From contig NC_058368.1 in assembly GCF_018350175.1 (NCBI RefSeq), positions 30,754,001-30,818,000 of the forward strand: a DNA stretch of 64,000 nt, read 5' to 3'. The stretch comes from Felis catus (lineage: Eukaryota). Position numbers and translations under genes: made by a program. Below the pieces are notes generated by a model. It was not told where the DNA came from. It did not search any database and worked only from the letters and a program-made list of their open reading frames with translations. Positions 25,001 through 36,372 of this stretch are shown in pieces; the first letter of the stretch is position 1, and each line of letters starts with the position of its first letter.

Positions 25001-26253
25001 ATTGTGGCCATGAAATATGGATGTGTCCATTTTTTAAAAAGTGGGCTATAAAAAAACACATCCTAGGTACTGTTCAAATTTCCTCTGACTTCCCTGACTC
25101 CTGGACACTCAACCTCTTGCTCCTTCTCAGCAGCTACCCTGACCTCCTAACCTTCTCTGGGTCTACACAGTTTCTCTGCCTGAGGCCAACCAGACTTGTG
25201 TCTTTGGCTCCTTGAAATACTAACAAATTTAAATAAAATACCACACCACAGGATTTAAGATCTGACTTTTCAAGCAGTTTCAGAAGAACCAAATAATACA
25301 ACCAGAAAGTTCAGGGACATTAAATCCCCAAGCAGCTAACTTTGACCAAAGGGAAACATGAGATACGAGCGAGCAGAGTAGATCAATTTGCTTCCTTTCT
25401 CCCTCTAATAGATTTGAGCCAAGGTAAGTTTTCTCCATTTGGCCTTTCAGGAGATGTTCCATATGCCTGAGCAAAATCACCTATGAAACAGTCCTCTGGG
25501 TCTTTAAGCAGCTCTTTGCAAAGCAATGGAGAACACTGTAGGGCATCACCATGCATGGCTTCTCATAATATTCTCATTTACTTGATTCTTTTCTCATTAT
25601 TAATGAAGATTAGACCTTCCATATGAAGTATTGTTACTTCATGCTTCCCCGAGTCTGTTCTAGGAGATTCAGACTATGACATAGATTATCCCAGTCAGTT
25701 GAATGCAACTGAAGTTGAAGAGAAACAATCCCTCTTTTAAGACTTAGCTACTTTCATTCTAGATGTTATTCATTGAAACGGTGTTTGTAGGACATCTATA
25801 TAAAGCCATTGATGTAGGTTTGAGGAGGTAAGCTGTCTTCATCGAGGGTATATTCTGGTGTGAAAAGATTCTCAGCAAATGAGTTAAGTAAGGACAGCAT
25901 ATCAATCTTATATGTCATAGATAGTTGTAAGTGTTATGGTGAACAGTACTTAAGGGAGGTGGATAGAAAGTGGATTAGTGGATGGTGTACAATTTATACC
26001 AAGATAGTTGAGAAGGCCACATTTAGAAAGTGTCATTTATGGAAGGATGCAAAGATAATGAGGAATCTAAGTGTATTTCTGGGGAAGAACATACAAAAAA
26101 ATGGGAATAGCATATATAAAAAGTCCTAAAATTGAATGGTGTCTTGTGTGTTCAAGAAATAGCCAGGAGGCCAATATGGCTGGCACAGTATGAAAGATTA
26201 GAAAATAGCAGTAAATGAAGTTATTGAGGTGTTACAGGGCTAAATCCTCATAC

Positions 26254-26436
26254 TTTTTAAAAAGTGTTTATTTTGAGAGAGAAAGGTAGCATGAGTTGAG
26301 GGAAAGAGAGAATCCCAAGAAGGCTCTGCACTGTGAGCACGGTGCCTGATGTGGGGCTCAATCCTACGAACCATGAGATCATGACCTGAGCTGATATCAA
26401 GTCAGATGCTTAACCGACTGAGCCACACAGGCACAA
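26254..26436 (-). mobile_element. Can-SINE
   Basis: GAACCATGAGATCATGACCTGAGC...TTAACCGACTGAGCCAC. Confidence 0.9.
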
Positions 26437-26454
26437 CCCCCTTTATAAATTTGT

Positions 26455-26552
26455 GTTTAATATAACCCATCACACTTTTGAAAGTGAAAGGAGATAAGCC
26501 TAATGATTATATCTAAGCACTGCCCTAGCAAACTGGAATGAATGGTTACCCT
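26455..26552. mobile_element. MER94-like hAT-Blackjack MITE fragment
   Basis: CACTTTTGAAAGTGAAAGG and GCAAACTGG...ATGGTTACCCT terminus. Confidence 0.55.
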
Positions 26553-26779
26553 ATTTCCAGGCTACTGTAAGAATTTTAGACATTTGTTAAATAGAAAGCG
26601 ATTGAAGAATTTTGAGCAAAAGAGTGGCATGTTCGAGTTTATGTTTTGATAATATGATACTGACCTTTGAAGGAGAGAAAAGGGTAAAAACAAAATACAA
26701 TGGAGGAAAGCAGTTAAGACCCTATGGCAATCATATGTGTGCCTGGAGGTCTGGAATGACCACATAAATCTGAAAGTTG

Positions 26780-27400
26780 TGTTAATCAGTATAGACCAAG
26801 CTATATGCTATGATAGCAAGGAAACCCCCATATCTTACTGGCTTAAAGCAGAGCTCAGCAAACAATGGTCCACAGGCCAAACTTAGCCACCACCCTTTTT
26901 GGTAAGTGTGATTTTATTGGGACCACAGCCACACCTATTTACAGTTTGTGTATGGCTGCTTTCTCTCTGTAATTGTAGAATCGATACCCGCAACAGAGAT
27001 GGTATGGCTGTAAGCTTAAAATATTTATCATCTGTCATTTTGCACACAAAAAAATTTGCTGACCCTGTGCTTAAAGAAAAAAAAGCATTATTTCTTGTTC
27101 AAGGTCTGTTATCCAAACACTCTTCTTGGAGCAGCTCATTTCCAAGCACTGGATTTGGACATTAAAGTCAGTTCCATCCCAGAACTCCACTCTTCCAATA
27201 TGAGGCCGTCACTGTCACCAGGTATCACCACCATCATGAGCGGGAAGATCTCAGACCAACTCTGAGATGCTTTGCCTAGAAGAGATAGACATTCCTGCTG
27301 ATGATGGCCAACCCAATAGACTCACGTAACTGTGAGGGGTCTGGGCAATTTGAGGGAGAACATAAATGATTGGTTGACAGTAAAAATTTTTGCCTAACAG
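26780..27400 (-). mobile_element. Old MaLR LTR (MLT1I/J-like), interrupted by MER58A
   Basis: AAGCTATATGCTATGATAGCAAGGAAACCCCCATATCTTACTGGCTTAAAG | AAAGCATTATTTCTTGTTCA. Confidence 0.55.
26849..27067. mobile_element. MER58A hAT-Charlie MITE
   Basis: Terminal inverted repeats CAGAGCTCAGCAAA ... TTTGCTGACCCTG; GCTTAAAG on both flanks; AAAATATTTATCATCTG internal motif. Confidence 0.85.
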
Positions 27401-27933
27401 TGATAAGTCCAGAAATGAGCCTAGATTAGCTCACTGAAGGAGAGAGTTTTGGTAGACGAGAGAAAATGTTCAGGAACTATGCTGGGCCATTCCTGAAACA
27501 ACAGCAAGAACTCCAAAGATAAGGAGCTAGAAAGGAGAATGCGGTGGGGCAAATGTGTAAAGCCAGTTCCTTGCAAATGTCTTGCATGGCAAGTGAAGGA
27601 AATGTATCAAGAAGGAAGGAATTATATATGCCAAATGCTGATGAGCCATGGAAGAGGAGGACAGAGACTGGATGACGGATTTGGAGAGCCCATCGACTAC
27701 CCTGACAATAGTCATTTCAGTTAATTGGAGTGATTTTGAAAGTCTGATTGGAGAGAATTTAAAATAGATTGAGAAGCAAGGAATCAGAGACTGGAAAAAT
27801 ACACAAGTATTTTGAGGAATTCTGCTATAAAGAAAATGAGTAAAATGGTGTGGTAGATAAAGAAGTAATGGAGTTAAAAGGGTGGGTTTTTCCCCTTTTT
27901 TAATGAGATTAAAAATTTAATGCTTTAATGGAA

Positions 27934-29934
27934 TTTTTTTTTCATTAAACTTTTGTTTTAATGGGTCTCAAAATTCTGTGACAGATTTTTGGTCAAAGTT
28001 GTTTCCATTAAAAACTACTGATTTTAGGGGCGCCTGGGTGGCTCAGTTGGTTGAACATCTGACTTCGGCTCAAGTCATGACCTCCTGGTTCATGGGTTCA
28101 AGCCCCGTGTTGGGCTCTGTGCTGACAGCTCAGAGCCTGGAGCCTGCTACGGATTCTGTGTCTCCCTCTCCCCTGCTTGTGCTTGCTGTCTCTCTCTCCC
28201 TCTCCCCTGCTTGTGCTTGCTCTCTCTCTCTCAAAGATAAATAAACATTAAAAAAATTAAAAAGCACTGAGTTTAAAAACTAATAACTTAAAACTGCCAC
28301 ACACACAAAAAAACAAATGGTCCAAAAAACATTCTCCTTTCCTTCTGAAGGTTTTACGATGCATTGTTACCATTAACCAGTCTTTTACTATTAAACTTAA
28401 ATGGCCAATTGACACAAACAGTTCTGAGACCGTTCTTCCGCCACTGATTAAGACTGGGGTGGCAGGTATTGGGGGCAGTGAAGTAGCCTTCTGAGCTTTC
28501 TGGGCAGATTTGTTGACCTTGCCAGGTCCAGCTGCCTTCTTGTCCACTGCTTTGATGACACCCACAGCAACCGTCTGTCTCATGTCACGAAGAGCAAAAT
28601 GTTCCAGAGGAGGGTAGTCAGAGAAGCTCTCAACACACATGGGCTTGCCAGGAACCATATCAATGATGGCAGCATCAGCAGATTTCAAGAATTTGGGACC
28701 ATCTTCCAGCTTTTTTCCAGAATGACGGTCAATCTCCTTCAGCTCAGTGAACTTGCCGGCAGTGTGAACTGTGTGACAGTCCAGCACAGGTGTATCCGGC
28801 ACTGATTTGGCCTGGATGGTTCAGGATAATCACCTGAGCTGTGATTATCCTGAACCACTTGCTTCCATTGGTGGGTCATTTTTGCTATCAGCAGCCACAT
28901 TGCCACGACAAACATCTTTGACAGATACGTTCTTGACATTGAAGCCCACGTTGGCCCCAAGTAGAGCCTCACTCAAAGCTTCATGGTGCATTTCAACAGA
29001 CTTTACTTTAGCTGTAACACTGACTGGAGCAAAAGTGGCCACCACGCCTGGCTTAAGAACACCAGTCTCTACTCGACCCACAGGGATAGTACCAATACCA
29101 CCAATTTTGTAGACGTCCTGGAGAAGCAGACGCAAGGGCTTGTCAGTTGGATGAGTAGGTGGCAGAATGCAATCAAGCGGTGTGGTTCCACTGCCATTGC
29201 CATCTTTACAGGTGTCTTTTCATCCCTTGAACCAATGCATGTGAGCACTTGGCTTCAGTATGTTGTCGCCATTCCAACCAGAAATGGGCACAAATGCTAC
29301 GGTGTCGGGGTTGTAGCCAATTTTCTTAATGTAGGTGCCGACTTCCTTAACGATTTCCTCGTATCTCTTCTGGCTGTAGAGGGGCTCAGTGGAGTCCATT
29401 TTGTTAACACTGACAATAAGCTGTTTTACACCCAGTGTGTAAGCCAGAAGGGCTCATGGGTCATGCTCACGGGTCAGCCCTTTCTTGGACAACCTGCTTC
29501 AAATTCGCCAACACCAGCAGCAATGATCAGGACAGCAGTCAGCCTGAGATGTTCCTGTAATCATATTTTTGACAAAGTCTCTGTGTCCTGGGGCATCAGT
29601 GATGGTCACATAGTACTTGCTGGTCTCGAATTTCCACAGGGAGATATCAGTGGTGATACCACGTTCATGTTCAGCTTTCAGTTTATCCGAGACCCAGGCA
29701 TACTTGAAGGAGCCCTGTCCCATCTCAGCAGCCTCCTTCTCAAATTTTTCGATAGTTCTTTTGTCGATCCCACCACATTTAGAGATCAGATGACCAGTAG
29801 TGGTAGACTTGTCCGCATCTACGTGTCCAATGATGATGATGTTGATAGGAGTCTCTTCCTTTCCCATTTTGGTTTAGGTTTAGCAGTGGTGTTCATAACA
29901 CCTGTGTTCTGGGGGCAAACCCATTGTGAAAAAG
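27934..29934 (-). pseudogene. EEF1A1: Processed pseudogene of eukaryotic translation elongation factor 1 alpha 1
   Basis: Translations [28 protein letters not shown]..., [38 protein letters not shown]; no introns; 5' UTR begins CTTTTT at 29934; ATG at 29867; complete 3' UTR and short poly(A) at ~27934-27942; TSD TGGAATTTT at 27929-27937 and 29936-29944; frameshifts, a premature TGA (29220-29222) and a lost stop codon. Confidence 0.98.
28027..28258 (+). mobile_element. Can-SINE inserted in the pseudogene 3' UTR
   Basis: GGGGCGCCTGGGTGGCTCAG head; degenerate TSD AAAAACTACTGATTTTA / AAAAAGCACTGAGTTTA; internal duplication TCTCCCCTGCTTGTGCTTGCT. Confidence 0.95.
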
Positions 29935-30209
29935 CTGGAATTTTGTTGATCGAGAAAAATCTTGATGCAAATATGAGAGAGTGCAGTTGTGATGTCCCTG
30001 AGTGCCAGAAGTGGAGGATTATGGGAGACAAGTACAGGGGCTGCCCTTAGTAGGGGCTTGACTAACACTGTAAAAGGAAATGAATTAACACTAGGAATGT
30101 CTAATCTCTGTTACAAAACAAAACAAAACAAAACACCTCAAAATACTCTTACTTCTCAACTCAACATTCAGAGATTAATATTCTCTCTCTGTCTCTCTCT
30201 TTTTCCTTT

Positions 30210-30417
30210 AAAAATTTTTTTTTAATCTTATTTTTGAGAAAGATACAGCATGTGAGCAGGGGGAGAACAGAGAGATAGGGAGACACAGAATCCGAAGCAG
30301 GATCCAGGCTCTGAGCTGTCAGCACAGAGCCTGACGTGGGGCTCGAACTCAGAAACTGTGAGATCATGACCTGAGCCGAAGTCGGACGCTCAACGGACTG
30401 AGCCACCCAGGCGCCCC
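30210..30417 (-). mobile_element. Can-SINE
   Basis: Ends CTGAGCCACCCAGGCGCCCC; TSD TCTCTTTTTCCTTT. Confidence 0.95.
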
Positions 30418-32069
30418 ATCTCTTTTTCCTTTTGAGAAAAGTTAATTCCAGCATATTCCCTTGTTCTGAAACATTTTGGGAAAAAGCATCTCCAATGAGG
30501 TCAACAGATTTCTGACTTTTAAACAAGAATGTTTTAACCCTGGTAACACTTTATAATTAGTAAAACACTGACTGGATTTCTTTTAATTACTATAATCCTA
30601 CTTCCATCCCCCTGGTGCTAAGATGGCCAGATGTTCAGCTTATATTTTACAATAATTGTGTAACTGAACCTCTAAAGAAGGTTTAAGTTATTTTTTTCTG
30701 TGGAAAGTAGCTCTTTTCATGGTGAGCTATAAAATTTCAAGTGGAAACTATGTATTCCCTCTCTGAATGCTATTTAATTTCTCCAGTAGCAATGCTTAGC
30801 TACTGTATTTATTTCAAACCATAACTTTTCCTTTTAGTCTAAATATGAAAAAGTAATTTTTCACAATAAAGAAAAAGTAAAATTAAAAATCAGTGATAGT
30901 ACAGGCCTGTAACTGTACCTAAAATTTTACCGTGTGTGTGTGTATGTGTGTGTGTGCACGTGTGTTTTAATTGTGAATAAAACAAAGGGTAGAATTTAAC
31001 AAGCCCTTTTAGTTAGTATGTTAATTTCTCATTTTAACAAGACTTTTTTTTGAGAATACAATAGTTGACATGAATCCCATAAGTTTCATTACCTTTTTTC
31101 TTGCCCTTTTTTAAAAAACAGCTTGCACATCTCCAGCATTGCATAAAATACCCATTTGTAATTATGCTTAACCTTTCCAAAGCCTCTGAGTATAGTCTGC
31201 TCATTAATCTTTAACCTGACAAGCCTTGGGGGTTGTGAAATTAGTACCTCCATGTATTAGAGACACAGAGACCATAGACAAGGGGTACAAAAGGGGTAAT
31301 TAAGAGGAGGTACGAAAAGAAATAGAACAAAACTAGAGGGATATGATTGTATTACGGTAGGTGTCAGTGAACAGCAGGGACCATGGAATGCAAATCATAG
31401 ACAGAGTTCAGGAAATAAACCCAGCTATACATTTATAGAACAAAACCAATTTAATCAGATCCTGTCCTGTTCAATGAAAACAACTTGTACCAAATTGATC
31501 TAAAATAAAGATTTACAAATATAATCATACAAAGTATGGACTTGGTGTGCTTTCATAGAGCATTCCCCATATGCATTTTCCCATGCTATACTGAAGTGTA
31601 ACAAAGGATGTATCTTAAGTAAAACTAGCACTGTTGCCTGAAAAGTTACCCTTTTGTGATGAAAAAAGTGTCATATTTTTATCTATACAGATATTCATTA
31701 GTTTTGTATTAGGTGTTGATGAAAAGAGCTAGTATGAATAAGATTTCTTTGTATCCTATTTTTCTACATAGCAAATTTTGCCTAGGAATTTTTGTGTTAA
31801 CTGTTGAAGATTTGTCGCCATAAAGATGCATATACATTTATGCAAATATTTACACATATTATACTATTGCATCTGCATAATAATGCAAGATTTTGAAAAC
31901 TTTTGTTTATTTTTAACCAATATTGTTCTTCAGAAAAGGGAGAGTCACATTATGATAGTTTTTATAAATAGTCACATACAAAGAGAAAGAAATGGGGAAA
32001 TATCTTTGTCTTTATGTTAAACAAAAAAATAGTATAAGCCAACCATGTAGTCCCCTCCTCCTTGAATTT

Positions 32070-32640
32070 AGTGGTGTTTAGAATAACAGCTAAGTTGCTA
32101 TAATAGACTATAAAGTTTAGTGAATAAAATAAGTTAGAAATTGATTTCTCTCTTGTATCATGAATCCAAAGGGGAATTGAGAAGGGATGGCAGGACAGCT
32201 CTGTCAATGTCAACCAGCCACTACAGTGCTTGACATTTCTCACCCAGGGGTTAGGAAGGATATGCAGAGGGGTGCCTGGGTGGCTCAGTCAGTTGAGTGT
32301 CTGACTCTTGATTTCGACCCAGGTCATGATCTCCTGCTTCGTGGTTTCGAGCCCTGCATCAGGCTCCATGCTGATGGTGCAGAGCCTGCTTGGGATTCTC
32401 CCTCTCTGTCCTTCTCTCTCTGCCCCTCCCATGCATGGTCTCTCTCTCTCTCTCTCAAAATATATAAACTTAAAAAATAAAGGAAGAATACACAGATTCC
32501 TAGACAAGCTTCTCTAAGGACATTATCTCGAGTTCCATTGCTTCTATTTATATCCCATTGGCTCCAGTTTAGGCACATGGTTAAATCAAACTATAACAGG
32601 AACTGAGAAATATTGTATGTAGATGTCCAACTAAAACTGG
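32070..32640 (-). mobile_element. Old MaLR LTR fragment interrupted by a SINE
   Basis: AGAAATTGATTTCTCTCTTGTA...; ATCCCATTGGCTCCAGTTTAGGCACATGG. Confidence 0.55.
32269..32480 (+). mobile_element. Can-SINE
   Basis: GGGGTGCCTGGGTGGCTCAGTC head, CT tract, A tail. Confidence 0.94.
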
Positions 32641-32950
32641 AAGATACTATATACCTAGATATTTTTAAGTTTCAACTCCTTAGGTTTGTATAGTGCTGTG
32701 TATTAATAATTAGAATTTGGTAAAATTAGAGAAGTAAAGAAAATACAAGTTGTACACCTAAAAATAAACCTGGTTAAACATATGGATGTATTTCTGGTGT
32801 TCTTTATAAAATATATCTGTGTATACTCATCTAGTCTGTGTGTGAGATAATTAGGTATTTAGACTGACTTTTTATGTTTTACCTTTTCATTGTCTGCAAT
32901 TATCCCTTGGAGCCTTTTCTTGCCTATTCTGTGTCCTTTCTTTTTTTCTT

Positions 32951-32984
<34 letters not shown>

Positions 32985-33029
32985 GATTTCTTCATCCAGT
33001 AGAATATAATTTTCGGGGTCTCATATATT

Positions 33030-33986
33030 CATTCATCAATTTGATAAATATTTTGTGAACATCTAATATATAACAGACATTATTTTGAGAACTTGGGATA
33101 TTGTAATAAATAAGACAGATAGAGATCCCTGCCCCGTAAACTCCTGTTCTTGCCATGGAAGACAGAGTGGAGTGGTAAATTTAACAAATAAGCAGTCTGT
33201 AGTCAGAAAGGCTAGAAGTTCTGTGGTTTAAATCAGCCATTGGCTTGCCAGAAGAAAAAAGAGCCCAGAGTCTTGGCCAGGTGGTTGCTTGGCCAGGTGG
33301 TGAATTACTCTGGCCAAGAAGGACCACATCTGAGTTCCATCCAAAGGTCATTGACAAGAACTGTCATATGGTCCCTTCCAACCGTTAAGAGCATCAACCA
33401 GAAAGCATAGTTTTATCAATTGCTTCGTAGCAGGGGGAGAAAGAACTGTATGGTACCTGCCATGGCAGGTATATTGGATGCTAGAATTCAGGTTTATTGG
33501 GAGTTGGGCACAGATGTCATTGAGAGGGTGACATTTGAGAAAAATTAAAGGAAATATTGAACTCAGTCATGCAGATGTTTAGAAGAAGAATCCTTAAGGC
33601 CAGTAGAAACACGTCAAGGCCAGGCTGCACCTGTCCCATTTGAGGACATTTAAGAACATTTATGAGTCCACTGTGTCAGGTGCAGATTGAGAGAAATTTG
33701 TGGAGATGAAGCCCAAGACGTACGGAGGCCAGAACATGTTGGGCATGATAGGCCACTGGAATGACTTTGCCTTTACTACAAATAAAATGAGGCATTATTG
33801 TGGGGTGTTGGAGAACCGTGTGGAAAAAACTGTCTGCTGTTGTATTGAAAATAGAATTATAGGAGGGGTGCCTGGGTGGCTCAGTTGGTTAAATGTCTGA
33901 TTGTGATCTCACAGGTCGTGATCTCACAGTTGGTGGGTTTGAACTCTGCATCTGGCTCTGCAGTAACTGTGCAGAGCCTGCTTGTG

Positions 33987-34038
<52 letters not shown>

Positions 34039-34250
34039 TCTCCCTCTCTCCCTCTCTTCCTCTCTTCCTCTCTTCCTCTCTTCCTCTCTTCCTTTCCCCC
34101 CTCTCAGTCATTCTCTCTCTCTCTCTCTCTCTCTTTCTCTTTCTCTCTTTCTCTCTCAAAAATAAATAAACTTAAAGGAAAACGAATCATGGGAAAGCAA
34201 AAGTAAAGGCAGGGGACCAGTTTAGGGGCCAATTTCACTCATCCATGTGC
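33030..34250 (-). mobile_element. L2 fragments
   Basis: CATTCATCAATTTGATAAATATTTTGTGAACATCTA, GGTGACATTTGAG, GAATGACTTTGCCTTT. Confidence 0.6.
33865..34176 (+). mobile_element. Can-SINE with expanded (CT)n/(CTCTTC)n tract
   Basis: SINE head; CT-rich array ~33989-34157; AATAAA tail. Confidence 0.93.
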
Positions 34251-34261
34251 TGAAGAGGAGA

Positions 34262-35400
34262 CTGTTGCTTTTCAAACTGCCTTTTCTTCTGGATACTCAG
34301 CTAGACCACATTCCTCAGTGTCCTTTGCAGTTAATACGGCTGTGGCTTGGGAGTGAAAGTAACGTATACCCATATTAGGTTTGGTCTATAACAAAATATA
34401 CATAACTAACCACTTCGTTTCCCGCTGCCAGCTGAGTGGGGAAGAGGCCAAGGGTAGGACCAGTAGATACAAGAAGCCTAGATTTCTCAGTGATTTCATG
34501 GAGTTGATAGTATCCCTTTCCCCAAACTTGCCGTCTAACATAATTAGAGTACGACATAAACCTTTCCTGAATGTAGCCACTGAGATTTGGGGTTGTTTGT
34601 TGTAGCAGGTAGGATGACATTACCTAATATGGAAATGGTACATTGGAGTAGAGTTCTGCTTAATACATGGCCCTGGGTTAGCAATTAGGACACAGGTGAC
34701 ATGGAAAAGAGCCTAATATAAGAGACAGAGAATCTGATGGTTCATGTTATAGAGTTGTAAAAACACTTGGTAAAACTCCCCCATGGAGTTGGATAGGTGG
34801 AAGGTAAACCACCTATCTCCAAGCATATAGCTCTAGGAAGCAATTGGGGGAAAAATTTTTTTTAGGATATGTTGGCCATTATTGGTCGCTTTTTGCCAGT
34901 GTGTTACAAGAGATAAAGTGAGGCAAGAATTGGGTGGAGTCAGGCAGAGATGGGGTGATATAAGGGAGGTCAGATATCAGGAGTAGGCAAAGCTATTGTT
35001 TGTGGACTTAAAAGAGTGAGACAGATGTTTAAAAATGGTTTCAAGAGATGAATGCCCACTAAGATTTCTCTGTCGAAAAAAGAGTTGACTTTGCAGCAAA
35101 GATCAGATTAATGATGTTTCCATCCCATCAATGCCAACAAATCCACATGATTACAGGGTCTCATACATTAAGTTGAGAAAGCAGAGGACATGATAGGAGA
35201 GGGATGGTTTGAGAACAAAAAACTGCAGATTTGAGAACTATAGGAAAGAATGTTGGTTACCGATAGGAATGAAACTGATAGGAATCAAACAGATAAGAAG
35301 CCTGCTCATTGTTTTTAGGTACAATATTACTGAAGAAATGACAAGCCTAGACTAAAAATGTATTTAATATTAAAAAAAAGGTAGACCTTGAAACTTGCTC
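34262..35400 (+). mobile_element. MaLR LTR (MLT1, ~34262-34629) followed by MLT-internal sequence
   Basis: LTR end TAGCCACTGAGATTTGGGGTTGTTTGTTGTAGCA...CTAATA, then GGAAATGGTAC and AAACACTTGGTAAAACT internal motifs. Confidence 0.65.
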
Positions 35401-36155
35401 AAGAAGGAAATATTAAAATATGTATGTTAATTTTCCATCTAAAAGGAAAATTAAGCTTAATCACTTTTTAATGTATTGATTAATAACTCTAGTGCTGTCA
35501 AAGGTCCTGAGGTCAGGCCATTAGTCATCTGTCACCAACAGCACCTGAGCGATCCTTTGGGAAAAGGGGGAGTTTTGCAGTGTGGAGGGATAGACACTGG
35601 TACACCTGTCCATTTGCCTTCATTGTATTGCTTCATATTGCAATATACATGTGATCATTTGAGTGGATTTTAGTGATATTTAGTTTTGATAAATTCACCT
35701 TGCAAGATGAAAAAGTAGCTTTAAATATTCTTGCACATTTTTTTTTCAAATTGAAATAATGTTAATCATACAAGCATAAGGAACCAATAAGGGAATGGCC
35801 GATACTTTTTATTTTAGTATAAATTCTTTGTAAGTCACATTATAAAATAAATAAAATGATGACCTCATTAGAGCTGATATATGGCCAAAATTTTGAAAAT
35901 TAAAATTATCAACAATGCTTTTGAAAATACAGACTTATACACACCATTCACTATTCATTACATATGACCCTTATATGTGTATATTGCACCTTGAGACATT
36001 AGCTAAATATTAGTATATAAATGTTATTATGAATATATGTGTATATGTGGGGGAAGGCAGATGGAGGGGAAAGACAAAAAATTTTGGAGATTACAGCTCT
36101 ATATAGGATGTAGGATGTTAATTTTGTATTGTGTTAAAAAAAATTGACCACTTTT

Positions 36156-36372
36156 GGGGCGCCTGGGTGGCGCAGTCGGTTAAGCGTCCGACTTCAGCCA
36201 GGTCACGATCTCGCGGTCCGTGAGTTCGAGCCCCGCGTCAGGCTCTGGGCTGATGGCTCAGAGCCTGGAGCCTGTTTCTGATTCTGTGTCTCCCTCTCTC
36301 TCTGCCCCTCCCCCGTTCATGCTCTGTCTCTGTCTGTCCCAAAAATAAATAAACGTTGAAAAAAAAAATTAA
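36156..36372 (+). mobile_element. Young feline Can-SINE (SINEC_Fc-type)
   Basis: Near-consensus; TSD AAAAAAAATTGACCACTTT at 36136-36154 and 36373-36391. Confidence 0.97.

Larger units (their letters stand above)
25765..30060 (-). mobile_element. Long degraded L2, host to a SINE, MER94, MLT1/MER58A and the EEF1A1 retrocopy
   Basis: AGGAGGCCAATATGGCTGG, GAAGAATTTTGAGCA, TGAGCCATGGAAG motifs; L2-like sequence resumes after 29944. Confidence 0.65.

Noticed and set aside
28257..29867. ORFs with clear EF-1alpha similarity as a functional gene
   Set aside because: Intronless, split over several frames, premature stop, SINE in the UTR, poly(A) and TSD: a processed pseudogene
33876..34169. Poly-SL and poly-ER ORFs, and the recurrent GAWVAQ / VRLQPGHDL ORFs elsewhere
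   Set aside because: Translations of Can-SINE bodies and CT tracts
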